Below are positions 50,964 to 60,538 of a DNA stretch of 64,000 nucleotides, piece after piece. This DNA comes from Alphaproteobacteria bacterium. GTDB taxonomy: Bacteria > Pseudomonadota > Alphaproteobacteria > UBA828. A program made the translations under genes and the position numbers. Location: assembly GCA_963422645.2 (NCBI GenBank), contig CAXXVO010000007.1, forward strand, positions 736,001 to 800,000, read 5' to 3'. Below the pieces are notes generated by a model that worked only from the letters and a program-made list of their open reading frames with translations, searched no databases and was not told the origin of the DNA. Within the stretch, counting starts at the first letter, position 1. Each line of letters opens with the position of its first letter.

Positions 50964-51629
50964 ATGGGGTATTTCGGCTCGAAGGCGACAGCAGGTCTGT
51001 GCCAAGCGCTGATTGCGCTGATGCCGCCGCACTCCGTCTACATCGAAAGCCACCTTGGGGGCGGGGCGCTGATGAAGCGCAAGCCGCCGGCCGTGCGTTC
51101 GATCGGCATCGACCGCGATGCGCAGGCGCTCGAGGCCTTCGTCTGCGACTACCCGGTCGATCTGGTTCACGGCTGTGCCCATGACTTCCTGGCCTCGTTC
51201 CCGTTCCTGGGCCCGGAGCTGGTTTACAGCGATCCGCCCTATCTGCACGCGACCCGCCGCTCGGCGCAGCGCTACCGCTTCGAGTACGAGGAGGCCGGCC
51301 ACGTCGCGCTTCTCGCGCTGCTCAAGGCTCTGCCCTGCCAGGTCATGATCTCGGGCCATCCGTCGGCGCTCTATGACGAGGTGCTGGCGGGATGGCGCCG
51401 GCTGGCGCTGCAGGTCACGATCCAGGGTCTGGTGCGAACCGAGGTCGTCTGGTTCAACTACGCCCCCGACCGGATGCATTGGGCCAGCCACGCAGGCCGG
51501 AACTTCACCGACCGCCAGCGCATCAAGCGCAAGGCAGCCAACTGGGGCCGGCGCTACCAGGCCTTGCCGCCGGGCGAACGCCTCGCCGTGCTCGCCGCCA
51601 TGATGGCCGTCGAGGCCGAAGACACGTGA
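50964..51629 (+). CDS. Dam-like N6-adenine DNA methyltransferase (paralogue of 43681-44349)
   Basis: Same motifs, including DPPY. Confidence 0.85.
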   Translation: MGYFGSKATAGLCQALIALMPPHSVYIESHLGGGALMKRKPPAVRSIGIDRDAQALEAFVCDYPVDLVHGCAHDFLASFPFLGPELVYSDPPYLHATRRSAQRYRFEYEEAGHVALLALLKALPCQVMISGHPSALYDEVLAGWRRLALQVTIQGLVRTEVVWFNYAPDRMHWASHAGRNFTDRQRIKRKAANWGRRYQALPPGERLAVLAAMMAVEAEDT

Positions 51630-52923
51630 CGGTGTCGCACTGGCACGAAGACCTCGCCGCCCGTAACGAGGCCTTCTGCTGCCTGAAGGAGCTTCTCGAG
51701 CCATCATCCCTCGCAACCACTGTCGTCGTTGCCGTCCGGGAATGGGGGCAGGGGCTGCTGCGATCAGCCACCGCGCTCGCCCGGGAAAATGCCGCACTCG
51801 AGCAGGAGAACGCGGCCCTGCGCGAGCGCATCGCCGAACTCGAGCGCAGCGCGGCCCTCAACAGCACCACAAGCAGCAAGCCCCCCGCCAGCGACGGGCT
51901 CAAGAAGAAAAGCGGAGCCCAGAGGCGCACCCAAAGCCAGCGCGGAAAGTCCGGCGGGCCCAGTGGCGGCCAGCCCGGCCACAAGGGAACCACCCTCGCG
52001 CGGAGCGACAGCCCGGACCGTGTCGTCGATCACCACCCCTCCACCTGTTCCGGCTGTGGCGTCGAGCTCTCGGACGCCGACCGGCAAGGCGCGCCCGCCT
52101 GTCGGCAGGTCTTCGACGTACCCGAGCCGCAGCCTCTCGAGGTCACCGAACACCGCGCCCATCGCTGCCTCTGCGGCGCATGCGGCACGCTGACACGAGC
52201 CGCCTTCCCGCCGGGCGTCACCGCCCCGGTCCAGTACGGCCCTCGCATCACCGCTTGGGTGAGTTACCTGCTGTACGCCCAGTTCGTGCCCGAGAAGCGT
52301 CTGGCCGAACTCATGAGCGACATCTTCGCGGTGTCCATCTCCACTGCCACGATCGCCGCCATGGGCCGGCGCACAGCGCAGCGCTTCGAGGGCTTCCTCG
52401 ACCATGTCGCCGATCTGATCCGCACGCAGGCGCCGGTCAAGCACCTCGACGAGACCGGCCTGCGTATCGCCGCCCGTACCCGCTGGCTCCATGTGCTGTG
52501 CACCCCGTTGCTCACCGTCCTGCGCATCGGCGAGGGACGCGGCGATGTCGAAAAGAACCTGAAAGGCATCCTCGTCCACGACGACTTCGCCCCCTACTTC
52601 ACCATCAAGGGCGTCCGCCACGGCGCCTGCAACGCACATCACCTGCGCGAACTCCAGGCCCTGATCGACATCGAGAAGGAGGAATGGGCGGCGAGCATGC
52701 ACCGCCTGCTTCAGCGCGCGCGCAGGGCCGCCCGCTTCGCCCGTGAGAAAGACCGTCAAGTCCCCGCCTCCCTGGTGGCCCGCATCTCAAGGGCATGGGA
52801 CCGTATCCTCGAAGAAGCCATCGCCTTCCATGAGGCCCAACCGCCGCTCCAGATCGCAAAGCGAGGGCGAAAGAAACGCCGCATCGGCCACAACCTCGCG
52901 CGCCGCCTTCAAAAGCATAAGGA
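51626..52923 (+). pseudogene. IS66 transposase truncated before the NNEAER motif
   Basis: Homologous to 44346-45887 up to LQKHK. Confidence 0.88.
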
Positions 52924-53022
52924 TGAGCGTGCGCCCAGCATTTGATGGTGCGGTTTTCGGATTATTTGATGTTCGTGATGCGGCGCTTGGTTGATCTGCG
53001 AGAGCGGTGAGTGGCCTGGCTT

Positions 53023-53892
53023 TCATCGAGACCGCAGGAGCATCTCGTTCCAGTCCTTGGCGTGTCGTGGGCGCAACCTTTTCACCCTTGGATCGTTGAG
53101 CACGAGATGCTCGGCGGCAGTGTCGCCGGCGCTGTCTGCGTCGTAGGCACAGACGATGCGACGTGGCTTCCACTCCTTGATCCAGGGCGGGACCGAGCTG
53201 GCGATGCCGGCGGTTGAGGCGACGACGGCGCCGTTCTCGCGCGTCCCCTCGACGCGCAGGCTTCGTGCAGAGATGGCGTCGACGGCGCTCTCGGTGAGGA
53301 TGACGAGGGCGGGCTGGTTTCGGTCGCAGTGGAGCCAGAAGCCGCCACGCGCCTTGCGCGATCCCGGGGCCATGCCCCTGAAGCGTTTTGTTCCGGGCTG
53401 CGGCGCGGTGCCGAGGATCTCGGCGCCGGTCGTGTGCCCGCTGGCGTTTCGGCAGATGAAGACGGCGTTGATCCTGTCATCGGCGTAGAGGAGGCCTCGG
53501 CCGTGGCAGGCTTCGAGCACGTCGGTGCCGATAGCGCGTTGGCGGATGAGGGCGTCCCGGACCCTGGGCCAGGCGCGGGGACTGGGCCTTGGCAGCCGCA
53601 GGCGTCGCGGGGCGGCTGGGATGGTGGTGATCTCCCTCCGCCCCTCATGGCTTCCGAGGAAGCGGAGGGCTTCCGGGAAGCGGCATCCCGTCGCATGGAT
53701 GACGAGGTCGATGGCGCCACCCCCTCCCGTGCCGCGCAGGTGATCGAAGAACTTCTCGCCGTTGATGCTGATGACCGAGCCCCCGCGCTTGAAGCGCGCC
53801 CGGTCGGTCGGGTCTCTGCGGTAGCCGAGGGCGGCGGCGACCCGGTCGAGGGGGATGTTGCGGCAGGTGGCCAGGGGATCGCCGCCGCTCAT
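53023..53892 (-). CDS. DUF3991/Toprim primase-like protein
   Basis: FFDH..G.GGGAIDLV, LTESAVDAIS, CAYDADSAG, KDWNEML. Confidence 0.8.
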   Translation of the reverse strand: MSGGDPLATCRNIPLDRVAAALGYRRDPTDRARFKRGGSVISINGEKFFDHLRGTGGGGAIDLVIHATGCRFPEALRFLGSHEGRREITTIPAAPRRLRLPRPSPRAWPRVRDALIRQRAIGTDVLEACHGRGLLYADDRINAVFICRNASGHTTGAEILGTAPQPGTKRFRGMAPGSRKARGGFWLHCDRNQPALVILTESAVDAISARSLRVEGTRENGAVVASTAGIASSVPPWIKEWKPRRIVCAYDADSAGDTAAEHLVLNDPRVKRLRPRHAKDWNEMLLRSR

Positions 53893-53994
53893 TGCCGGGT
53901 CCCGGCGAAGGTCTGCTTGGAAGGGAGGCTGACGGCGTTCCCGTTCCTGTACCCTTCAACGCTTAAGAGTTCCGGGAACGGGAACGGGAACGCC

Positions 53995-54993
53995 TCATCC
54001 CGCACTTCCGTTGATGGCGGCAGGGGATTGCGGCTCCCGGTGCGCCTCGGCGGCTGCGAGGCGATAGCCACCCCTGGGCGCCCGTTCGATGCGCCCCTCC
54101 CTGGTGAGGCTCTCGATGGCGGCAACGACGGTGGCGTTGCGGGCAGCGGCGCGTGAGCGGATCTGGGCTTTCGAGAGCGGCTTTTCGGCCTGCTCGATCG
54201 CCTTGAAGACGCGCTGCTCGACGGTGGCGGGCTCGTGCCTGTCTTCATCTGCCGCGTCCTGGTGCAGACGGAAGGCCGGCCCATGTCCGCCGTCGACGAG
54301 TTCCAGCTCGATGTCGTTGAGGCCCCGGGCGTCGCGCTGCTCGACCGTCATGACGATCTTCTTGTCGCGCCGGCGCAGGTACAGATTTGAGTCACCCCAA
54401 GCGTGCAGCTCGCTGCTCCCGCGCAGGGCCTGCCCCGGCCGGGTGCCGCCGCTCTTGCGGGCGTGGTGGACGAGGAGGACGGCGGTTTCGAAGCGGCGCT
54501 GCAGTTCGCGCAGGAAGCCGAGGATGGGGGCGATCTCTGCGACGGCGTTCTCGTCGACGCTGTGCAGGCGGACCAGGGGATCGAGGATCAGGAGGCGCGG
54601 TTCGATGCGCTCCACGGTCTGCTGCAGGCGTTGACGGTCGCCGGGCCGGTCGAGACGCAGGGTGGGCACGTCGATGACGGCGATGTCGAGTTCGTCGAAG
54701 GGGGTGGCGGCGGCGCGGGCGATCCCCTGCAGACGCTTGCGCACCCTGTGGCCGGCGTCCTCGGCGGCGAAGAGCAGCACGGTGCCGCTTGCGCTGGGGC
54801 GGTAGTGGCGCAGGCATGGGACGCCGGTGGCCACGGCGACGGCGAGATCGAGCGCGAGCAGGGATTTGCCGCACTTGGGCTCGCCGCCGACGATGCCCAC
54901 GGCCTGCTCGGCCCACAGCGTGTCCACCATCCACTGTTGCGCCCGGGGGCGATCCTCGAGCTGCATCGGCGCCCGTGTCGGGAAGCCCTTCAC
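53995..54993 (-). CDS. AAA_25 / RepA-like helicase ATPase
   Basis: GGEPKCGKS, AAED, LILDPL, DEN, LVHHARK, LRGSS; GTG start overlaps the upstream stop. Confidence 0.82.
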   Translation of the reverse strand: MKGFPTRAPMQLEDRPRAQQWMVDTLWAEQAVGIVGGEPKCGKSLLALDLAVAVATGVPCLRHYRPSASGTVLLFAAEDAGHRVRKRLQGIARAAATPFDELDIAVIDVPTLRLDRPGDRQRLQQTVERIEPRLLILDPLVRLHSVDENAVAEIAPILGFLRELQRRFETAVLLVHHARKSGGTRPGQALRGSSELHAWGDSNLYLRRRDKKIVMTVEQRDARGLNDIELELVDGGHGPAFRLHQDAADEDRHEPATVEQRVFKAIEQAEKPLSKAQIRSRAAARNATVVAAIESLTREGRIERAPRGGYRLAAAEAHREPQSPAAINGSAG

Positions 54994-55823
54994 CGCCGTG
55001 CCCTCTTCGGCTTGGCGGGCTCGCCCAGGATCTCCATGAAGAGCTTCTCGTCGAGAACCTCGCGGTTCTTCTCGGCGCCGGCGGCGAGCAGCATGTCGCC
55101 CATGACGGTAAGCGCCCTGGGGTTGCCGCCGGCGTGGGTGACCAGGGTGTCCTTGAGCTCTGCGCTCATGAGGCCCGGATTGCCGGCCTGCTCGACCAGA
55201 TGGTCGAGCAGGGCCGCGAGGTCGCCGGCGTCTGCCTGGGTCATGACCAGGCGCTGGCGCAGGCGCGAGGCGATGGGCTGCAAGTCGGGCTGGCGGAGCC
55301 TGTCGATCAGGCGGCTGTCGCCGGCGAAGACGACCGAGAGGATGGCGCGCGAGTCGAAGTCGGTGGACGCCAGCAGGCGGATCTCGGAGATCACCGAGGG
55401 CAGCAGCTCCTGGGCCTCGTCGATGAGCACCACGGGCCGCATGCGGGTGTCGTCGACATGGGTGAGCCATCGCTCGCGCAGGTTTTTGAAGCTGGCCCAG
55501 CGGTTGTTGTACATCAGGTCGACGCCGAACATCCCGCCGATCTCGCGGTAGAAGTCGGACAGCCTGGAAGAGGGGTGGGTGATGGCACAGACCCTGAGCC
55601 CGTCCGAGCGGCCGAGGCGGTCGGCGAGCACGCGCAACGCCACGCTCTTTCCGGTGCCGGGCTCGCCGGCGATCAACGCGAAGCCGCCCTGGCGCACAAG
55701 ATGATGCTCGATTCTGAGGCAGAAGCTGTCGACGGCGGGGCTCACCATGAGGCTGTCGACCGGAAGGTCGGTGGCGAAGGGGTTCCATTTGAGCCCGTAG
55801 AAGGTGAGCAGCTCGCGGTTCAT
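54990..55823 (-). CDS. ExeA/TniB-like AAA ATPase (transposition helper)
   Basis: YGLKWNPF, GEPGTGKS, LIDEAQ, GNPR. Confidence 0.85.
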   Translation of the reverse strand: MNRELLTFYGLKWNPFATDLPVDSLMVSPAVDSFCLRIEHHLVRQGGFALIAGEPGTGKSVALRVLADRLGRSDGLRVCAITHPSSRLSDFYREIGGMFGVDLMYNNRWASFKNLRERWLTHVDDTRMRPVVLIDEAQELLPSVISEIRLLASTDFDSRAILSVVFAGDSRLIDRLRQPDLQPIASRLRQRLVMTQADAGDLAALLDHLVEQAGNPGLMSAELKDTLVTHAGGNPRALTVMGDMLLAAGAEKNREVLDEKLFMEILGEPAKPKRARR

Positions 55824-57394
55824 GACGGATCTCCCTGATCGTCGTCCTCGCCCGGACCGGGCGTCTTGTTATGGGGTACCCAGGCCGGCGGCAGGCCTGT
55901 TGCGGCCTGGGCGTCGAGCACGCCCTTGAGCAGCGGCGGAAGTTCGCCGACGCCCGCGCTGGCGCCGCCATGGTCGCTGCCGGGTCTCGCAGGACGGCGG
56001 ACGCCATCGGCGTTGCCGCGCTTGTCGAGGGGGTACAGCGTGCACAGCCGCTCGCCGCTTCGGCCTTCCACCAGATCGACGCCGCTGAGGTCCCAGCGCG
56101 CATAGCGGACCCAGAGCGTCCTCAGGTGGCGCCACGGCTGTGGCACCTGGTAGCGGATGCCCTCGACCGAGACGGTGCCGTCCGAGCGCCTGAGCGTGCG
56201 CTTCCTGGCGATGCGGAAGGCCGCCTTGAGCTCGTCCGAGGCGGGGCAGGGCCTCGATGCCTTGACGCTCCCGGCGAGGCGTTCATGCGGCGTCATGCCG
56301 AGCTCGCGGTGCACCCGCCGATGGTAGTCCTGCTCCAGCCAGGCTATGGTGGCGTCGTTGAGCATCTTCAGGGTGAGCGCGTCGACGCCTTCGAGCTGAG
56401 CCATCAGGCGGCCCTCGACCGTGCCCCAGAACGACTCGATTTTTCCATTTTGATGGGGGCTGTAAGCGAGTGTCGTGGCCCCCACGATGCCGATGAGGCG
56501 GTGCAAGCCCTCCTCGACCTCGCCCGCCGTCATCGGCCCGCCGTTGTCGGTCAGCAGGGACCTGGGCAAGTCCCTCTTCATGAAGGCCTGACAGAGCCCG
56601 TGGACGAAGACCTCGGCGGTCTCCTCCAGGTACCACTGCAGGTGGCAGCCAAGCCTGGAGTGGTCGTCGAGGAAGCCGAGCAGGATGGGCGTCTGCCATT
56701 CGCCCGACGCCGTCAGCACGCGGCGCTTGCCGTGGTGGAAGTCCCCGTGCCACAGCGCGTGACTGCGAGACACCTCGTAGCTAAGGACCTCGCGGGCTTC
56801 GACCGCCGGCTTGTCCTCACCCTCGTGCCACTTCCTGGGGCGCTCGCGCACCAGGCCGCGATTGCGCATCGCCCGCGTCAGCGTCGCGTAGGACGGCATC
56901 GGGCCGAGCTCGGGATGGGTCGCAACATGAGCCTTGAGGGTCTCGTAGTGGAGCTGCGCCGCCCACGAGGGATGGACCCGGTACTGCTCGCGCAGCGCCG
57001 CGATCAGCCCCGCCGACATGGACCGCTCGCGGCCGACGTCGGTCCGAGGCTTCCGGCGCAGCGCCTTGACCGGGTCCTGCTCCTCTGCCCGCGCCCGGTA
57101 GTACCAGCGCTCGATCGTCGAGGCCGCAAAGCGCACCGGCCCCTTGCCCGACGGGTGCTCCCAGTCGCGCTGCGACAGACGCTCGAACTCGGCCCCCAGC
57201 TGGCCTGCAGGCGGCGGTGAAGCCAGAAGCGGCCCCACCACCGCAAAGCGCAGCCGGGCCCACTTCTCGCGCCTGGCGCCTGCGTCGTCCTTGTCCATTC
57301 CGGCATCCCTCCCTCGCCGCATCGGAGAGATGCCCATGTAGAACGCCCTATCCGGGCGTGACAGGAACACTTTCTGCGGGCGGCGCCGAGCCAT
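55820..57394 (-). CDS. DDE integrase-core transposase with Mu-like C-terminus
   Basis: WHGDFH, FLDDHSR, TDNG, NGKIESFW, YH.RVH..LG.TP, DGTVSVEG.RY. Confidence 0.88.
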   Translation of the reverse strand: MARRRPQKVFLSRPDRAFYMGISPMRRGRDAGMDKDDAGARREKWARLRFAVVGPLLASPPPAGQLGAEFERLSQRDWEHPSGKGPVRFAASTIERWYYRARAEEQDPVKALRRKPRTDVGRERSMSAGLIAALREQYRVHPSWAAQLHYETLKAHVATHPELGPMPSYATLTRAMRNRGLVRERPRKWHEGEDKPAVEAREVLSYEVSRSHALWHGDFHHGKRRVLTASGEWQTPILLGFLDDHSRLGCHLQWYLEETAEVFVHGLCQAFMKRDLPRSLLTDNGGPMTAGEVEEGLHRLIGIVGATTLAYSPHQNGKIESFWGTVEGRLMAQLEGVDALTLKMLNDATIAWLEQDYHRRVHRELGMTPHERLAGSVKASRPCPASDELKAAFRIARKRTLRRSDGTVSVEGIRYQVPQPWRHLRTLWVRYARWDLSGVDLVEGRSGERLCTLYPLDKRGNADGVRRPARPGSDHGGASAGVGELPPLLKGVLDAQAATGLPPAWVPHNKTPGPGEDDDQGDPS

Positions 57395-57965
57395 CGCCGA
57401 GCCCGCAATAGCCCGTCCACGGCTTGAACCAGATCAGGCTCAGGAACAGACGCTCACCGAAGCGTCCGCCCCGCATCTGCCGCAGCACGAAGAGCAGCGG
57501 CACCTCCTCGGGTGGCATCACCAGTTCGCCACGCTTCGCTCCCCAGGGCTCCGTCGCCGGGAACGCCTCCAGCCACCACTTCCGCCAGCGGCGCAGTGTG
57601 GCGACCGAGACCCCCCACTTCCGCTTGATCGTCTGCAACCGCACCCCGCCTCTCAGAACCAGTGCACTCAACAGAACGAACAGGGCGCCCAGATAAAAGC
57701 GGCGCCCGAAGAATCGTACCGATGGTGGGGTCGCTCGCAGGCGGCAATCCGCGCAGCAGAAGCTGAACCGCCGCGTGCCCTCTTCCCTCAACTCGGCTGC
57801 CAGACCGTACGGCTTGCGCGGATACGTCGCGCTGTGCAGCTTGCCGGGGCAGTGTCGGCAGCCCGCCTCGCGGCAGCGCGCCGCCTCGGCCTCATCGACC
57901 TCGCGCAGCCAGGCCCAGACCAGGGCGTTGCAAAGCATGGAGTGGCGGAAAATGTTGTGCGACAT
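57348..57965 (-). CDS. Cys-rich/HTH accessory protein
   Basis: CRHC, CADC, VSVATLRRWRKWW; overlaps the transposase start region. Confidence 0.6.
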   Translation of the reverse strand: MSHNIFRHSMLCNALVWAWLREVDEAEAARCREAGCRHCPGKLHSATYPRKPYGLAAELREEGTRRFSFCCADCRLRATPPSVRFFGRRFYLGALFVLLSALVLRGGVRLQTIKRKWGVSVATLRRWRKWWLEAFPATEPWGAKRGELVMPPEEVPLLFVLRQMRGGRFGERLFLSLIWFKPWTGYCGLGDGSAPPAESVPVTPG

Positions 57966-58115
57966 TGGGGCCGTCTCTGGCGATTGTGACCGTCACCACG
58001 AGACAAAGCCCCCCGGCGAACTTCTTGCAAGTTCGCCGAGGGGCACCCGCCCCAAAACCTCAACAAATCCGAGCGGATCAGGCCCCGATCCCCGCTGAAA
58101 GACCGCGCGCGCTCA

Positions 58116-58589
58116 CCCGTGGCGGTCCAGGAGAAAATAGCGCAGATGCGCGCCGACCAGACGATGCAGCCCGAGATAGTGGTGGCGCGCGACGAACTCG
58201 TTCCACAGCCCGCCCTCCTCCTTGCCCGCCGCAATCGACAGGCGCAGCGGCATCAGCGCGGCCAGGTCCTCCGCGATCGCCGCGGCCGGCGCCGTCCGCT
58301 CGCTCCGGGCCATCGCCTCCTGCGGCCCCCGCACCTGCGCCTCGTCCCGCGCCGGCAGGGTCAGGATGCCCAGCCGCTCCAACTCCTCCAGCATCCGCAG
58401 GCAGACCGCGACACGGTTCCGCCCGCTCGGCGCGCGCCAGTTCAAATGCTCGCAGATCGTGTGCCCGAGCTCGTTGCGGCTGATCGCCGGAAACAGCGCC
58501 ACCGTCTCCTGGATGTCGGCAATCTGCCGGCGGGTCAGACGTCTGCCGAAAAAGGTCGTCGACTTCAGCGCGGTGATGCGGGGGTCCAT
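58116..58589 (-). pseudogene. DUF4338 protein N-terminus, truncated, inside a probable IS4-type element ending at about 58759
   Basis: WNEFVARHHYLG..VGAHLRY; CAATGGCATTCATTTG on the minus strand from 58759 resembles an IS4-type end. Confidence 0.65.
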
Positions 58590-58852
58590 GGGCCGGCTCC
58601 ACTGACAGGGGGACAGCCACAGTGTGCCAAAGCACACGCCGCCGGTCAATCCCCCTCGTGCGGGAAACGCCGAGACCGACAATCCACACAAGAAATCAAC
58701 TCGTTACGACACCACCAAAAAAACCCCGGAACAATCTTCGCGCCAAATGAATGCCATTGGGCGCCTGCGCGGGCGCGCCGCATTAGCGGCGGGCCGCAGT
58801 CGCGGCCTGTATCGAGCCCGTCGGAGATCGGGCTCGCTCCTGCAGGTTACGG

Positions 58853-59692
58853 CTACACCGGCACCCTTCCCTCGATGAGGATGCGGAGCAGGCGGCGCGG
58901 GTGGTCGCCTTCGTGGGGCGAAGCCCTGTGCATCGTGCAGCGATTGTCCCAGACCACGATGTCGTCCGGCTGCCACGCGTGGACATGCACGAACGCCGGC
59001 TGCGTCGCGTGCGCGATCAGCGCGTCGAGCAGCGCGTCGCCCTCATCCAGCGCCAGGTCCGCGATCCGGTCGATCCGATTGGGGTTGATGTAGAGCGCCT
59101 TGCGGCCGGTCTCCGGGTGCGTGCGCACCAGCGGGTGCGTCACCGGCGGGGTGCGCGCCTCCTCCTCGGGCGTGCGTGCCGGCACCGGCGAGCGGTTGCG
59201 CCGGGACTGATAGGTGTGCACGGCCTTCAGTCCCGCGATGCGCGCCTTGATCTCGTCAGCCAGCGCCTCGTAGGCCAGGCGCATGTTGGCGAACGACGTA
59301 TCGCCGCCCTCGGGCGGCACCACCTCGCCATAGAGCAGCGTCGCAGCACACGGCACCGCCATGTACGAATCGTCGGTGTGCCAATGGCCGCCGAAGGTCG
59401 CCGCCTTGCCGGTGGCGGTGCTGATCCCCTGGCGGCGCTCGATCAGCGAAATCTCGGGGTAAGCGGTGTCCCGCAGGACGCCCATCAGCTCCCGCTGCGG
59501 CGTGCCGAAGATGCGGGCGAGGCGCAGGAACGAGTCGGGCGGCGCCTTGCCGCTACGGAGGCAGAGCATTGGGCTTGCCCGAAATGCGCGGCGCAGAGCC
59601 TCGCACTCCCCGGGCGCCGGCGACTCGAGGTCGAGGCCGGTCACCACGGCGCCCAGCCCGGCGCTGCCGGGGTCCGTCACGGCTATACCCAC
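58853..59692 (-). CDS. TauD/TfdA-family Fe/2-oxoglutarate dioxygenase
   Basis: WHTD, GGDT.FANM, HPLVRTHPETGRKALY, WDNRCTMHRA. Confidence 0.92.
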   Translation of the reverse strand: MGIAVTDPGSAGLGAVVTGLDLESPAPGECEALRRAFRASPMLCLRSGKAPPDSFLRLARIFGTPQRELMGVLRDTAYPEISLIERRQGISTATGKAATFGGHWHTDDSYMAVPCAATLLYGEVVPPEGGDTSFANMRLAYEALADEIKARIAGLKAVHTYQSRRNRSPVPARTPEEEARTPPVTHPLVRTHPETGRKALYINPNRIDRIADLALDEGDALLDALIAHATQPAFVHVHAWQPDDIVVWDNRCTMHRASPHEGDHPRRLLRILIEGRVPV

Positions 59693-59941
59693 CGCGCGCC
59701 TCGTCCCTTCCTGCTGCCGGCTCGTGCCTCGTCCGTGCGACGCTCGCATATCGCCGCGACTCGGGCAATTGACGGCAACATTGCGCGCCTTGCCCTTGCG
59801 CTTTTGGCTCCGGGGCGAGGGAGCGCAAACGGAAAAAGGGCGTCAATTGGAGCGCGGGTTTTATCTGCCCGGCATATTCGTTGCCCGCACATGCATTTGG
59901 GCCTATGTTTCGGGCGCTTTTCTGGCCAGGAGTACGAATAC

Positions 59942-60511
59942 ATGGTTCCGAGGAAATTGGTGAGTGCGCTCGCCAGGGTGGGCGCGCTCGGGCTCGTCTT
60001 GATTGCGTTGGCGGGCTGTCCGCCCATGCAACAGGGCGAAGGCGGCGAAGGCGGCGGCGGCGACATGCTCATGTCGATCCTGCCGCTCATCCTGATCTTC
60101 GTGGTGTTCTACTTCCTGCTGATTCGCCCGCAGCAGAGGAAGCAGAAGGCCCACCGCGCGATGCTCCAGAACGTGAACCGGGGCGACGACATCGTGACCA
60201 CTGGCGGCTTGGTCGGGAACGTCATCAAGGTCGGCCGCGGCGACACCATACTCGTGGAGGTCGCGCCCGACGTCAGGGTCCGGGTCATGCGCAACATGCT
60301 CTCGCAGATCATGCCGCGCCATGAGCAGTACGAAGAAGAAGACGACGACGAGGACGAAGAGGACGAGCGCGAGGACGAGACCCTCGAGGAAGAAAAGGAC
60401 GAGGTCGAGGACGACGAGCGCGAGGACGACGACGACGAGTTCGAGGACCTCGACGAGGACGAGGAGGACGAAGAGGAAGAGGACGACAGGCGGGGAAGGC
60501 GCAGGCGCTGA
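59942..60511 (+). CDS. yajC: Preprotein translocase subunit YajC with lipobox-like N-terminus and acidic tail
   Basis: FYFLLIRPQQRKQK..GDDIVTTGGLVG; directly upstream of secD. Confidence 0.92.
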   Translation: MVPRKLVSALARVGALGLVLIALAGCPPMQQGEGGEGGGGDMLMSILPLILIFVVFYFLLIRPQQRKQKAHRAMLQNVNRGDDIVTTGGLVGNVIKVGRGDTILVEVAPDVRVRVMRNMLSQIMPRHEQYEEEDDDEDEEDEREDETLEEEKDEVEDDEREDDDDEFEDLDEDEEDEEEEDDRRGRRRR

Positions 60512-60538
60512 TCGGGCCCTTCTTTTCCCGTATAGCCG

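Larger units (their letters stand above)
50795..52923 (+). mobile_element. 27-bp IS66-A end followed by a second, diverged methyltransferase-IS66 (truncated)
   Basis: 50795-50821 is the reverse complement of 46009-46035; GTAACTACCCAGG begins at 50822. Confidence 0.85.
52924..58115 (-). mobile_element. DDE transposon with ATPase, helicase-like and Toprim genes
   Basis: Ends TGAGCGTGCGC / GCGCGCGCTCA lie exactly where the flanking genes break; no matching TSD. Confidence 0.75.

Noticed and set aside
52929-52941. GTGCGCCCAGCAT as a second group II intron 5' end
   Set aside because: No intron domains or RT follow; it lies within the terminal IR of the 52924-58115 transposon.
60325-60490. GAC/GAG-rich low-complexity repeat
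   Set aside because: It is the coding sequence of the YajC acidic tail.
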